DNA from: Candidatus Tayloriibacteriota bacterium
GTDB lineage: Bacteria; Patescibacteriota; Minisyncoccia; Phycocordibacterales; PALSA-1337
Assembly (NCBI GenBank): GCA_903839695.1
Contig: CAIMDI010000010.1
Coordinates: 6,703 to 70,702, forward strand
Direction of reading: 5' to 3'
Length of the DNA: 64,000 nucleotides
Below the pieces are notes generated by a model that ran no database searches, had not been told where the DNA came from, and saw only the letters and a list, made by a program, of their open reading frames with translations. Below are positions 1 through 8,861 of this stretch, piece by piece. The position numbers and the translations under genes are program-made. Position 1 is the stretch's first letter; every line of letters starts with the position of its first letter.

Positions 1-1
1 G

Positions 2-868
2 AAAAAAGAATTAATAAAAATATTGAAGAAAAATAGTTATGATGCTGTATTAACTTTGCTAACAGACATCATTGATGCAGAAGTTATGGATTCAGCGCCA
101 ACAGTAAAAATTTATGCCAATTTCGCAATTGGTTTTAATAATCTTGATATTGAAGCCGCAAAAGCTAGAGGAGTCTATCTTACAAATACACCAAATGGTG
201 GAGCAGAAAGAGTGGCAGAACATACTTGGGCATTAATTCTTGCTTTAACTTGTCGTATAGTTGAAGGTGATTCATATATAAGGAATGGTAAGTATAATGG
301 TTGGGATCCCATGCTTTTACATGGTGAAAGAATAGAAGGGAAAACCCTGGGAATAATAGGTACAGGACGAATAGGTGCAAATGTAGCTCGTAAGGGAAGA
401 TTTGGATTTGGTATGAATGTCGCCTATTATGATGTAAAAAGAAATGAAGAACTTGAAAAAGAAGATGGTGCAAAATTTTATCCTACAGTTGAAGAAGTAT
501 TAAAGATTTCAGATATAGTTTCTTTACATGTGCCATTGATGGATTCTACTCATCATTTAATAAATATTGATAGATTAAAAATGATGAAACCGTCAGCGTA
601 TTTGATAAACACATCCAGAGGTCCAGTTATTGATGAAAATGATCTCGTATACGCCTTAAAAAATAAAATTATAAAGGGTGCCGGTCTTGATGTATTTGAA
701 TTTGAACCAAAACTCGTAAGTGGATTAGCAAAATTATCTGATGTTGTTATTACTCCTCATATTGCTTCAGCAACTGAAGAGGCAAGACTAGAAATGTCAA
801 AAGTATCTGCACAAAATATCATAGATTGCATGGGTGGTGTTATTCCTAGAAACAATGTGTTAAAATAA
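2..868 (+). CDS. D-isomer-specific 2-hydroxyacid dehydrogenase (NAD-binding). The 5' end is cut by the window edge.
   Basis: The frame is open back to nt 2. NAD-binding motif GIIGTGRIGANVARK, plus HVPL, LINTSRG and GAGLDVFEFEP motifs typical of the glyoxylate/hydroxypyruvate reductase family. Confidence 0.8.
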   Translation, partial: KKELIKILKKNSYDAVLTLLTDIIDAEVMDSAPTVKIYANFAIGFNNLDIEAAKARGVYLTNTPNGGAERVAEHTWALILALTCRIVEGDSYIRNGKYNGWDPMLLHGERIEGKTLGIIGTGRIGANVARKGRFGFGMNVAYYDVKRNEELEKEDGAKFYPTVEEVLKISDIVSLHVPLMDSTHHLINIDRLKMMKPSAYLINTSRGPVIDENDLVYALKNKIIKGAGLDVFEFEPKLVSGLAKLSDVVITPHIASATEEARLEMSKVSAQNIIDCMGGVIPRNNVLK

Positions 869-886
869 TATTACAAATAATTAAAT

Positions 887-1096
887 ATGTCAGAAATTCA
901 ATTTGATACAGACCAAATACAATACAAACCTAGGACTGTTGTTGGCCAGCAACATTCTTCAGTAGGTGGTATTACAGGTTGGTTATTGCAAAAAGGTATT
1001 ATAAAAGATGAGTCACAAGCGGGCGGAGTGCTTATGGTTATTGTCATTATAAATTTTATTTTAACAGCTTTAGTAATTTATTTCTTTGTATTTTAA
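887..1096 (+). CDS. hypothetical small protein with a C-terminal hydrophobic segment
   Basis: 69-aa ORF ending in a TM-like tail VLMVIVIINFILTALVIYFFVF. No recognisable domain. Confidence 0.3.
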   Translation: MSEIQFDTDQIQYKPRTVVGQQHSSVGGITGWLLQKGIIKDESQAGGVLMVIVIINFILTALVIYFFVF

Positions 1097-1294
1097 TATG
1101 AATAAAACCCCAAAAAAATTAGCTTTTCCAAAATCAGTGTATGCAATTTTCATTTGCACAATTATTATCAATGCCATAATAACTTATTTTATTGTAAATT
1201 ACCCAGTTCAGATATTGTGTGGCCTATAATCAACATATTCTAGCCTGTGCAGATCTATGTTGTGTTTATTCCACAAAGTAATACAATATTACAC

Positions 1295-1828
1295 ATGAAG
1301 TCTAAAAATAACTACAGTTCAGGATTCACCCTAATTGAATTGTTAGTTGTTGTCTCAATAATAAGTATTTTATCTAGTGTTGTATTAGCGTCGATGTCTA
1401 CAGCAAGAGGAAAGGCAAAAGATGCATCAGTAAAATTTCTGGCAACACAGATGAGGAATGTTTATGAAATGGAATATTTAAAAAGTGGAAGTTACTCAGC
1501 GATGCATGCTGTTACTTCGACTGGTACGGGTTGGGTATGTACTGATACTCCTAGTGTTCATATATGTCTTGTTACCAACATAGCAGGTTGTGATAGTGTA
1601 TATCAATTAGCTACACTGCCAGATGCAAACAAGGTTTGTGATGATATTATAAATAAGTTAGGTGGTTACACATTTGGTGTTATGAATGGTAGCAAGGATA
1701 CTGATTACGCAGTTTTTATAACATATCCAAGTGACAATACAAAAGGATTCTGTGTAAGGAGTACTGGAGCTGTTTCAGCTTCTGTCTCAAGTGCTGATAA
1801 TTGTCTGAATAAGAGTTTATCAATATAA
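1295..1828 (+). CDS. type IV pilin-like protein with a prepilin N-terminal cleavage/methylation domain
   Basis: Short basic leader MKSKNNYSSG followed by FTLIELLVVVSIISILSSVVL. This is the class III signal (G|F, Glu at +5, hydrophobic helix). There are C-terminal Cys pairs. The start was moved to the internal ATG at 1295. Confidence 0.75.
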   Translation: MKSKNNYSSGFTLIELLVVVSIISILSSVVLASMSTARGKAKDASVKFLATQMRNVYEMEYLKSGSYSAMHAVTSTGTGWVCTDTPSVHICLVTNIAGCDSVYQLATLPDANKVCDDIINKLGGYTFGVMNGSKDTDYAVFITYPSDNTKGFCVRSTGAVSASVSSADNCLNKSLSI

Positions 1829-1842
1829 AAATAATAACTAAA

Positions 1843-1870
1843 GGCCATCAATCAACTCTGATCGATGGCC
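1843..1870. terminator. hairpin GGCCATC-N14-GATGGCC between the convergent pilin and PEP-CTERM genes. A T-run lies on the minus-strand side.
   Basis: 7-bp GC-rich inverted repeat. It is flanked by an A-run on the plus strand, which is a T-run for the minus-strand transcript. Confidence 0.4.
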
Positions 1871-1936
1871 AATTCAATAAAAACTGACAAAACTTAAGAT
1901 TCATGGTTTCTAGCTCACTTGAGCACTTCCCATGAT

Positions 1937-2677
1937 TCATGTTCTCTTTCTTCTGAAGATGAGAATTCCAGCACCGCCGATGAGGAAAACTGCAACTGAC
2001 GACGGTTCTGGGATTGACTGCATTTGAAAGACTCCCAGAGTGAAACCACAATTATTCAGATTGTTAAAATCTGGTTGGAACGACTCCACTTGGAGACTGA
2101 ACACATCACCAGGTTTAACCGTACCAAACTCGCTGGTAAACGTGACAGCATCGAAGGGATGCAATCTATCTGCTACTATGGGGTCAGTCCCTACTGAAAC
2201 CCCATTGATTTCGAAGTTAGACAATGTCATGTGCCCATCATCCGCTTTCGCTTTGTTTATTATCCCGACGGATACCATGAATGAATTGACTCCTGCCATG
2301 CTGGGTGTGTTTACCGTGTTGTCAATACGGGTGCTTGCCCCATATCCATAGCCATCAGTCCTCTCTGTTCTTACAGAGGACGCACCGATTGTCATTGTTA
2401 ATTGGAATTTACTCAAATTCTCAATAGTCCACGGTGCACCAGATAAAGTCTGGTCCAATGGAGAGTTCATGTAAAGGACACCCTGTGACAAGAAACTCTT
2501 CCACATTGGGTACGGGAGGTCTGTTACCTCCTGAGGGGTTAAGTCGCGGGTAATCACCATTTGATTTACCACGATTGATTGCTCAGACAACTGAGCGTTG
2601 ACGTTACTGACGAAGGTCAGGAACGCTACGAAGACGGCCAACAGGGCCGCCCTCATTGTTTGTTGACTCGTTTTCAT
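1937..2677 (-). CDS. secreted protein with a C-terminal PEP-CTERM sorting signal
   Basis: N-terminal signal peptide MKTSQQTMRAALLAVFVAFLTFVSNVNA. The C-terminus is IPEPSSVAVFLIGGAGILIFRRKRT (PEP motif, TM helix, Arg-rich tail). A GGAG RBS precedes the ATG at 2675-2677 on the minus strand. Local GC is ~47% against ~32% background. Confidence 0.7.
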   Translation of the reverse strand: MKTSQQTMRAALLAVFVAFLTFVSNVNAQLSEQSIVVNQMVITRDLTPQEVTDLPYPMWKSFLSQGVLYMNSPLDQTLSGAPWTIENLSKFQLTMTIGASSVRTERTDGYGYGASTRIDNTVNTPSMAGVNSFMVSVGIINKAKADDGHMTLSNFEINGVSVGTDPIVADRLHPFDAVTFTSEFGTVKPGDVFSLQVESFQPDFNNLNNCGFTLGVFQMQSIPEPSSVAVFLIGGAGILIFRRKRT

Positions 2678-2897
2678 TTTTGTTCTCCGAAGAACCACTC
2701 TTGTTTTTGGACAACAGGTCCATTAACTCCGTGGTATTTTATTTATGTTAATGATCTATAAGATCTGCAATACATATATCATCTTTAGTATGCCTTTGTC
2801 AAGTAAAATTGTGGAAAAAACCTATTGCCAATTATTAATTTTTAATGAGTAATGTGGCCCCCTTTACTTTTTATTTAATCTGTATATAATACTTCCC

Positions 2898-3569
2898 ATG
2901 CTTATATTAACAGTTGAACCACGCGATTTAAAAATAAAGAACGAAACTCTACGTGAAAGTGGAAGTATTCCTGCTGTACTTTACGGACCTAAACAAAAAT
3001 CTACTTCTGTAAAAGTTTCTACTATCGATTTCATAAAAGCTTATAAAAAAGCTGGTGAATCATCAGTTATTCTATTGAAAGAAGGAGACAAGGAACATGA
3101 GGCACTTATACAAGACGTAGATGTTCATCCAGTTACAGGCGCACCAAGACATGCAGATTTTTATGTAATAGAAAAGGGAAAGAAAGTAAAAGTAAATGTA
3201 CCACTTATTTTCGAAGGAGTTTCTCCAGCAGTAAAGGACAAAGGAGCTATTCTTATCAAAGTTGCCCGAGATTTGGAAATTGAAGCAGCACCAAAGGATT
3301 TACCACACGAATTAAGAGTAGATATATCTACACTAGTAGAATTTTCAAGTACAGTTATGGCAAAGGACATTAAACTTCCAGCAGGAGTAACACTTATTTC
3401 AGGACCAGACGAAATACTTGCATCAGTTTCAGAAGCAAAAGAAGAAACAGAAGAAGTAAAACCTATAGACATGTCAACAATCGAAGTAGAAAAGAAGGGC
3501 AAGGTAGAAGTAGAAGGAGAAGCTGGAGAAGATGCTTCAGCAGAAAAGAAAGAAACAAAGAAGGCGTAA
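2898..3569 (+). CDS. rplY: 50S ribosomal protein L25 (Ctc form with an acidic/lysine-rich C-terminal tail)
   Basis: N-terminus LTVEPRDLKIKNETLRESGSIPAVLYGPKQ matches the L25/Ctc 5S-rRNA-binding fold. C-terminal E/K-rich extension. Confidence 0.8.
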   Translation: MLILTVEPRDLKIKNETLRESGSIPAVLYGPKQKSTSVKVSTIDFIKAYKKAGESSVILLKEGDKEHEALIQDVDVHPVTGAPRHADFYVIEKGKKVKVNVPLIFEGVSPAVKDKGAILIKVARDLEIEAAPKDLPHELRVDISTLVEFSSTVMAKDIKLPAGVTLISGPDEILASVSEAKEETEEVKPIDMSTIEVEKKGKVEVEGEAGEDASAEKKETKKA

Positions 3570-3599
3570 GCCTTTTTTGTTTATGCTACAATATACTAT

Positions 3600-4949
3600 A
3601 TGAATTTGATTGCGAAAGTATTTTTTATTATGGGTATATTTTTTATGCCTATTTTGATACATGCACAGGCTGTTGAAACAGCAGCTCAAAAAGAATCTAG
3701 ACTTCAGGCTGAGCTTGCACAAGTATTAAAAGAACAAGAAGAAACCGAAAAAATCCTTGCAAGTGCACAAAATCAAAGTGCTTCATTAAAGCGCGATATT
3801 CTTATACTTGATACAAAAATCAAGTCAGCTCAGCTAAATATTAAAGCCAAAAATCTACTCATAGAGTCGCTAGGTAAGGATATTACAAAGAAACAAGAGC
3901 AGATTTTAAGTCTGGAGGAAAGGATAAGTAGAGGTAGGGAAACTTTGTCTCAAATAATGCGAAAAACAAATGAAATAGATTCATTATCAATACCAGAATT
4001 TATTTTAGAAAAAGAAGATTTAACTACAGTTCTTTCAGACATTGATAAATTTGAATCAATACGAGAATCATTAAAAATTACATTTGAACAAATTAGAAGT
4101 GATAAGACACAGACAGAGACAGAAAAAGATGTATTGGATAAAAGAAAGAATAAGGAAATGGACGCCAGAGCGACAATAGAATCAGAAAAAAAGAATATTC
4201 AAAATGATGAAATAGAAAAACAGAAACTATTAACAGAGAGTAAGGGAAATGAAAAGGCGTATTCACAAATACTTGCAGATAAAAAGATAAAAGCAGCACA
4301 AATAAGATCTGCATTGTTTTCATTGAGAGATGCAGCAGCTATTCCTTTTGAAAAAGCATTACAATACGCAAATATTGCATCAAAAAGTACAGGTGTAAGA
4401 CCCGCATTTTTACTTGCAATTCTTACTCAAGAATCAGCATTAGGAAAAAATGTAGGATCTTGTTATTTAAGTGATATAAACACAGGATATGGAGTAAGCG
4501 TAAAATCAGGAACTATATTTCCAAATGTAATGAAGCCAGGAAGAGATACAACACCTTTTGTAAGTATAACAAAGTCATTGGGTATGGATCCTATGAAAAC
4601 ATTGGTTTCTTGTCCAATACTCAGCGCTGGAGGATACGGTGGAGCGATGGGCCCAGCACAATTCATTGCCTCGACATGGATGTTGTTTAATAGTCGATTG
4701 GCTAAAGTATTAAATACTCCTATACCAAATCCTTGGTCACCTCAAGATGCTTTTATGGCTTCGGCAATGTTTCTCTCTGATCTAGGTGCGTATTCAGGAA
4801 GTTATACAGGAGAAAGAAATGCAGCTTGCAAATACTATTCCGGTAAAGCATGTAGTACAAAGTCAGTTAATAATGCATATGGAACACAAGTTATGTCAAA
4901 AGCAGCTATTATTCAACAAACAATGATTGATCCATTGCAAGGATTGTAA
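3600..4949 (+). CDS. secreted coiled-coil protein with a C-terminal lytic-transglycosylase-like domain
   Basis: Signal peptide, then ~250 aa of heptad-rich coiled coil. Then LLAILTQESALG (ES catalytic motif) and GAMGPAQFIASTW (the MltB/SLT-type GxMQF..TW motif). Confidence 0.6.
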   Translation: MNLIAKVFFIMGIFFMPILIHAQAVETAAQKESRLQAELAQVLKEQEETEKILASAQNQSASLKRDILILDTKIKSAQLNIKAKNLLIESLGKDITKKQEQILSLEERISRGRETLSQIMRKTNEIDSLSIPEFILEKEDLTTVLSDIDKFESIRESLKITFEQIRSDKTQTETEKDVLDKRKNKEMDARATIESEKKNIQNDEIEKQKLLTESKGNEKAYSQILADKKIKAAQIRSALFSLRDAAAIPFEKALQYANIASKSTGVRPAFLLAILTQESALGKNVGSCYLSDINTGYGVSVKSGTIFPNVMKPGRDTTPFVSITKSLGMDPMKTLVSCPILSAGGYGGAMGPAQFIASTWMLFNSRLAKVLNTPIPNPWSPQDAFMASAMFLSDLGAYSGSYTGERNAACKYYSGKACSTKSVNNAYGTQVMSKAAIIQQTMIDPLQGL

Positions 4950-5081
4950 TTTCTGTAAAAAAAATATTCAGGCACAATATTTTAATCTTGGTAATATTGA
5001 CCATGATTTTTTTTGCCTCATAATGTATTCAAATATGTACCAAATTTATTTTACTAATTAATTATTCTTAAAAATTATCTC

Positions 5082-5681
5082 ATGCAAGAAACAGAACCAA
5101 TATATTTTACAAAATTTAGGGAAGGTATAGATAGGAGATTTGACTCTATGGACAAGAGATTCGATTCTATGGATAGAAAGTTTGAGGCTGTAGACTTAAA
5201 GTTTATTGCGATGGATAAAAAGTTTGACGCAATAGATAAAAGGTTTGACTCTATGGACAAAAAGTTTGATGCGATAGACTTAAGATTTGTTGCGATGGAC
5301 AAAAAGTTCGATGCTATAGACTTAAGATTTGCTGCGATGGATAAAAAGTTTGACGCAATAGACTTAAGATTTGACTCAATATACAAGAGGTTTGACTCTA
5401 TGGATAAAAAGTTTGATGCCATAGATAAAAGGTTTGTTAATATGGACAAAAAGTTTGATGCTATTGATGTTAAATTCGTTACTATAGATGAGAATTTCAA
5501 AAATATCAGTTCTCAACTTACTGACATAAGAAATATGCAGGACATTCATTTTGAGGCTATTGGCGGGGTAAAAATCCAAATAACAGAGATTATTGAAGCA
5601 TTGGATAGAAAGGCAGATGTTGCTGATGTAAAAGCATTAGAATATCGAACTAAAAAGCTTGAGTCTCTAGCTTTTGCATAA
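5082..5681 (+). CDS. coiled-coil protein built from ~17 near-identical heptads (DKKFDAI / DLRFVAM)
   Basis: Perfect 7-residue periodicity with F and I/M at the a/d positions. The ends are non-repetitive (C-terminal ...ALEYRTKKLESLAFA). Orientation matches the flanking genes. An antisense ORF at 5075..5500 is also open, so strand choice is uncertain. Confidence 0.5.
   Translation: MQETEPIYFTKFREGIDRRFDSMDKRFDSMDRKFEAVDLKFIAMDKKFDAIDKRFDSMDKKFDAIDLRFVAMDKKFDAIDLRFAAMDKKFDAIDLRFDSIYKRFDSMDKKFDAIDKRFVNMDKKFDAIDVKFVTIDENFKNISSQLTDIRNMQDIHFEAIGGVKIQITEIIEALDRKADVADVKALEYRTKKLESLAFA
5130..5500. repeat. tandem 21-bp (heptad-encoding) repeat tract
   Basis: The units atggataaaaagtttgacgcaatagac and ttaagatttgttgcgatggacaaaaag recur ~17 times with small variations. 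Confidence 0.8.
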
Positions 5682-5755
5682 TATATTGCAAATTATACAT
5701 ATAATATGTAAATGGTTGCAGATTTGCTTATTATTTGGTATAGTCTTTCTTACTT

Positions 5756-6022
5756 ATGAAAAAAGATATTCACCCAAAAGAATACAGACCTGTTGTGTTC
5801 GTAGATAATTCTAACGGATCTCAGTTTCTCATTTCTTCAACTATAAAAACAACAGAAAAAGCAACATGGACAGATGGAAAAGAATACCCAGCATTTCACG
5901 TAGAAATTTCTAGTGCTTCTCATCCATTTTATACAAATCAAGAAAAGACTATGGACAGCGCAGGTCGTGTAGAAAAGTTCAAAACTCGCCAATCAAAAGC
6001 TACTTCAAAGAAGAAGGCTTAG
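5756..6022 (+). CDS. rpmE: 50S ribosomal protein L31
   Basis: MKKDIHPKEYRPVVFVDNSNGSQF...HPFYT matches the L31 family. Confidence 0.85.
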   Translation: MKKDIHPKEYRPVVFVDNSNGSQFLISSTIKTTEKATWTDGKEYPAFHVEISSASHPFYTNQEKTMDSAGRVEKFKTRQSKATSKKKA

Positions 6023-6949
6023 ATGAATTTAGAAGAATACAAAAAAAATCACAAAACAGCATTTCTGGCTGATATATATGAGAAGCTTTTGAAAGACGAA
6101 GCAGAGCTTCTTTCTATTGTGCAAAAGGATCCTTCTATGAAAGAGATTGCTGAAGCAGATTTAGCAAATATTGCAGAGCAAAAGAAAAACACTGAAGATC
6201 AAATTAAAGCCATAATCGAATCTGAAAAAGAGGAAATAGAATATCCTACAGAATTGATATTGGAAGTTCGTGCAGCAACAGGTGGTGATGAAGCTACACT
6301 TTTTGCCGAGGAATTGATGCAAATGTATAAAAAGTATGCGGAAACAAAAGGCTGGTCAGTAAAGATTATTGAAGATTTAACTTTAGAAATAAAGGGTAAA
6401 ACTGCCTATGAAATCTTAAAACACGAAACTGGTGTTCATAGAGTGCAAAGAATTCCAGAAACTGAAAAAATGGGTCGTGTGCATACGTCTACAGCATCAG
6501 TGGCTATATTGCCTATTAGAAAAAAAGTAAAATTTGAAATAAATCCAACAGAATTGCATGTTGAGTTTTCCCGCGCTGGTGGAAAGGGAGGTCAAAATGT
6601 AAATAAAGTTGAGACAGCGGTAAGAATATTACACATACCGACAGGTATTGACGTTAGAGCGACAGCAGAAAGAAGCCAAAGTGCAAATCGCGAAATGGCC
6701 ATGTCTATTCTTATGGCAAAATTAGAGGCATTGAAAGAGGAACAAGAAGCAAAGAAATTTAATGCAAATAAGAAGGGACAAATAGGTACTGGGGATCGTT
6801 CAGAAAAAATCCGTACGTACAATTTTCCACAAGATCGCCTTACAGATCATAGAATAAAAGAATCATGGAGTAATATACACAGTATTATGTCTGGAAAGCT
6901 TGATCCTATTATAGAAAAGCTAGAAGAGTTTCAGAGGTTGCAAAAATAA
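6023..6949 (+). CDS. prfA: peptide chain release factor 1 (N-terminally short, 308 aa)
   Basis: GGQ motif (GGKGGQNVNK) and RF1-type RVQRIPETEKMGRVHTS (PxT class, not SPF). The start follows directly after the rpmE stop. Confidence 0.8.
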   Translation: MNLEEYKKNHKTAFLADIYEKLLKDEAELLSIVQKDPSMKEIAEADLANIAEQKKNTEDQIKAIIESEKEEIEYPTELILEVRAATGGDEATLFAEELMQMYKKYAETKGWSVKIIEDLTLEIKGKTAYEILKHETGVHRVQRIPETEKMGRVHTSTASVAILPIRKKVKFEINPTELHVEFSRAGGKGGQNVNKVETAVRILHIPTGIDVRATAERSQSANREMAMSILMAKLEALKEEQEAKKFNANKKGQIGTGDRSEKIRTYNFPQDRLTDHRIKESWSNIHSIMSGKLDPIIEKLEEFQRLQK

Positions 6950-6981
6950 GCCCTATTTGCTACACTCTGTCTACATTAATT

Positions 6982-7689
6982 ATGAACAAACAAGCAAACA
7001 ACCCAATGATCGATAGTATGTTTAAAGCAGGTGCTCATTTTGGTTTTTCTAAGACACGTAGACACCCTAGTGTTGCCCCTTATATTTTTGGTATTAAAAA
7101 TAAAGTAGAAATATTTGATCTAGAAAAAACAAGTGATTTATTAGAAAAAGCAAAGGTTTACGTTGCAACTTTAGGAAGAGAGGGAAAGTCTATACTTTTT
7201 GTCGGAGGCAAAAGTGAGGCAAGAAATGCTACAAAGATAGGTGCTTTATCTATAAACATGCCTTATGTAGACGGAAGATGGATTGGTGGTACTCTTACAA
7301 ACTTTGTTCAAATCAGAAAGCGAGTAGAAAAGCTAGAAAGACTAACTTCAGAAAAGGAAAAGGGAGAATTAACAAAATACACAAAAAAGGAGAGATTATT
7401 GATCGACCGTGAGATTGCAAATCTAGAGAGATTCTTTTCTGGAGTAGTTTCAATGAAAGAACTTCCAAAAGCTATTTTTGTTGTAGATCCAAAGAAAGAA
7501 AAAACTGCTGTTAAAGAAGCACAAGATATGGGTATTGTAGTTGTATCTATTGCTGGTTCAGATTGCAATATAAAATCAATAGACTATCCAATTGTCGGAA
7601 ATGATTCATCTCAAACAAGTATTCAGTACCTAACCAACGAAATCACTAAAGCATATTTTGACGCCAAGTCTGAGGTAAAAAAAATATAG
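6982..7689 (+). CDS. rpsB: 30S ribosomal protein S2
   Basis: MIDSMFKAGAHFGFSKTRRHPSVAPYIFGIKNKVEIFDLEKT is the S2 N-terminal signature. The gene lies upstream of tsf. Confidence 0.9.
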   Translation: MNKQANNPMIDSMFKAGAHFGFSKTRRHPSVAPYIFGIKNKVEIFDLEKTSDLLEKAKVYVATLGREGKSILFVGGKSEARNATKIGALSINMPYVDGRWIGGTLTNFVQIRKRVEKLERLTSEKEKGELTKYTKKERLLIDREIANLERFFSGVVSMKELPKAIFVVDPKKEKTAVKEAQDMGIVVVSIAGSDCNIKSIDYPIVGNDSSQTSIQYLTNEITKAYFDAKSEVKKI

Positions 7690-7761
7690 CTCTATCTAGC
7701 AAGTTCAGGATTTTGTGTGGTATAATGTTTCTTATTATTATAATCTTTAAATACTAATATT

Positions 7762-8355
7762 ATGTCTACAATTACTACCGAACAAGTAAAAGAATTACGA
7801 GATTCAACTGGCATATCAGTAATGCAATGTAAAAAAGCTTTAGAAGAGGCTGGTGGTGATATGGAAAAAGCTAAAGTCATTCTTAGAAAAAAGAGTGGAG
7901 AATTAGCTTCAAAAAAAAGCGATAGAACATTCCATTCTGGCACCATACAGGCATATTCACATTCAACTGGAAAAGTTGCTACTTTAGTTGAGCTTGTTTG
8001 CGAAACTGATTTCGTTTCTGGAAACGATGAGTTCAAGGCTCTTGCGCGAGATATTGCAATGCATATTACTGCATCAAATCCAAAATTTCTAAAGAAAGAA
8101 GATATTACAGAAGAAGCTAGAAATACCGCAAAGGAAGTATTCATGAAGGAGGTTGAAGGAAAGCCAAAGGAAATGCAAGATAAGATTCTTGAAGGTAAAC
8201 TTGCTACATATTTTGGAGAAATGGTTCTTTTAAATCAACCATTTATTAAAAACCCAGAATTAACAATAGAAGGACTAATACAAGCTGCTGTACAAAAGTT
8301 TGGTGAAAAGATTGAAGTTTCAAGATTCATCAGATACGGCGTGCTTGAACAATAA
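7762..8355 (+). CDS. tsf: elongation factor Ts
   Basis: TTEQVKELRDSTGISVMQCKKALEEAGGDMEKAKVILRKK is the UBA-like EF-Ts N-terminus. Conserved rpsB-tsf arrangement. Confidence 0.9.
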   Translation: MSTITTEQVKELRDSTGISVMQCKKALEEAGGDMEKAKVILRKKSGELASKKSDRTFHSGTIQAYSHSTGKVATLVELVCETDFVSGNDEFKALARDIAMHITASNPKFLKKEDITEEARNTAKEVFMKEVEGKPKEMQDKILEGKLATYFGEMVLLNQPFIKNPELTIEGLIQAAVQKFGEKIEVSRFIRYGVLEQ

Positions 8356-8356
8356 A

Positions 8357-8770
8357 ATGTCTACTTTTTTAGATCCAATTACCATATCTTTCTACATTTC
8401 TTTTTTAGGTATAATCAGCTTATTCGGCCTGAAGATTTTTGAAATTAAGTCTGGAAAGAAAAATTGGGTTTCTAAAATAGCAGGCAAGACAGATTCAACA
8501 ATTAGAAATTCTTATATATTTTTAAGAAAAACATTTTCCCATATAAATAAGAAGAACGCTATTGCACTTATTCAATGGATTGCGTATTATATCTTATCGT
8601 GGGCAAGACGAGCTTACATATGGGCTCATAGAAAGGCTCATGCCCATCCACCATCAAAAATGGTTATAGATATGGTGAGAGGTAGAGGAGAAATAAAAAG
8701 AAATGGAGGAGTATCATTTTTTTTGAAAAGTATCTCTTCAGATGATATAGTAGAAGAAGCAAAGAAATAA
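8357..8770 (+). CDS. hypothetical membrane protein
   Basis: 137-aa ORF starting 1 nt after the tsf stop. N-terminal TM segment ITISFYISFLGIISLFGL. No known domain. Confidence 0.35.
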   Translation: MSTFLDPITISFYISFLGIISLFGLKIFEIKSGKKNWVSKIAGKTDSTIRNSYIFLRKTFSHINKKNAIALIQWIAYYILSWARRAYIWAHRKAHAHPPSKMVIDMVRGRGEIKRNGGVSFFLKSISSDDIVEEAKK

Positions 8771-8781
8771 TGTTTAAATAG

Positions 8782-8794
8782 TGCCACCTTAGCT
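8782..8794 (+). repeat. 13-nt copy of the tRNA-Thr 5' end (TGCCACCTTAGCT). Not a complete tRNA.
   Basis: It exactly matches 8861-8873. The downstream sequence does not form a D/anticodon/T arm and has no 3' acceptor complement. Confidence 0.4.
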
Positions 8795-8861
8795 GTCTTG
8801 GTAGGTATACAACGTAAGGTGAGAATAATGACCCAAATGTGTTTTTGAAAAATAAATATTT

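Noticed and set aside
180-473. Antisense and out-of-frame ORFs from the six-frame track (for example 180..473, 3161..3502, 4093..4323, 7692..8144, 12642..12860, 29735..30316, 35233..35565, 56470..56730, 57791..58114).
   Set aside because: They lie entirely within confidently assigned genes on the other strand or frame. They have low-complexity, AT-rich-codon artefact composition (L/F/I/S-rich) and no motifs.
5130-5500. A regular short tandem-repeat tract that could at first glance be taken for a CRISPR array.
   Set aside because: The period is 21 bp and the units are contiguous with no unique spacers. They translate as perfect heptads inside an ORF. No cas genes are present.
5075-5500. The minus-strand reading of the heptad-repeat locus as the real gene.
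   Set aside because: The plus-strand ORF is longer and has non-repetitive N- and C-terminal regions. It is also co-oriented with the neighbours. The minus reading cannot be excluded without expression data.
8782-8860. A possible second tRNA gene upstream of tRNA-Thr.
   Set aside because: Only the first 13 nt match. No D, anticodon or T arms and no 3' acceptor complement could be folded. It is recorded as a repeat or scar instead.
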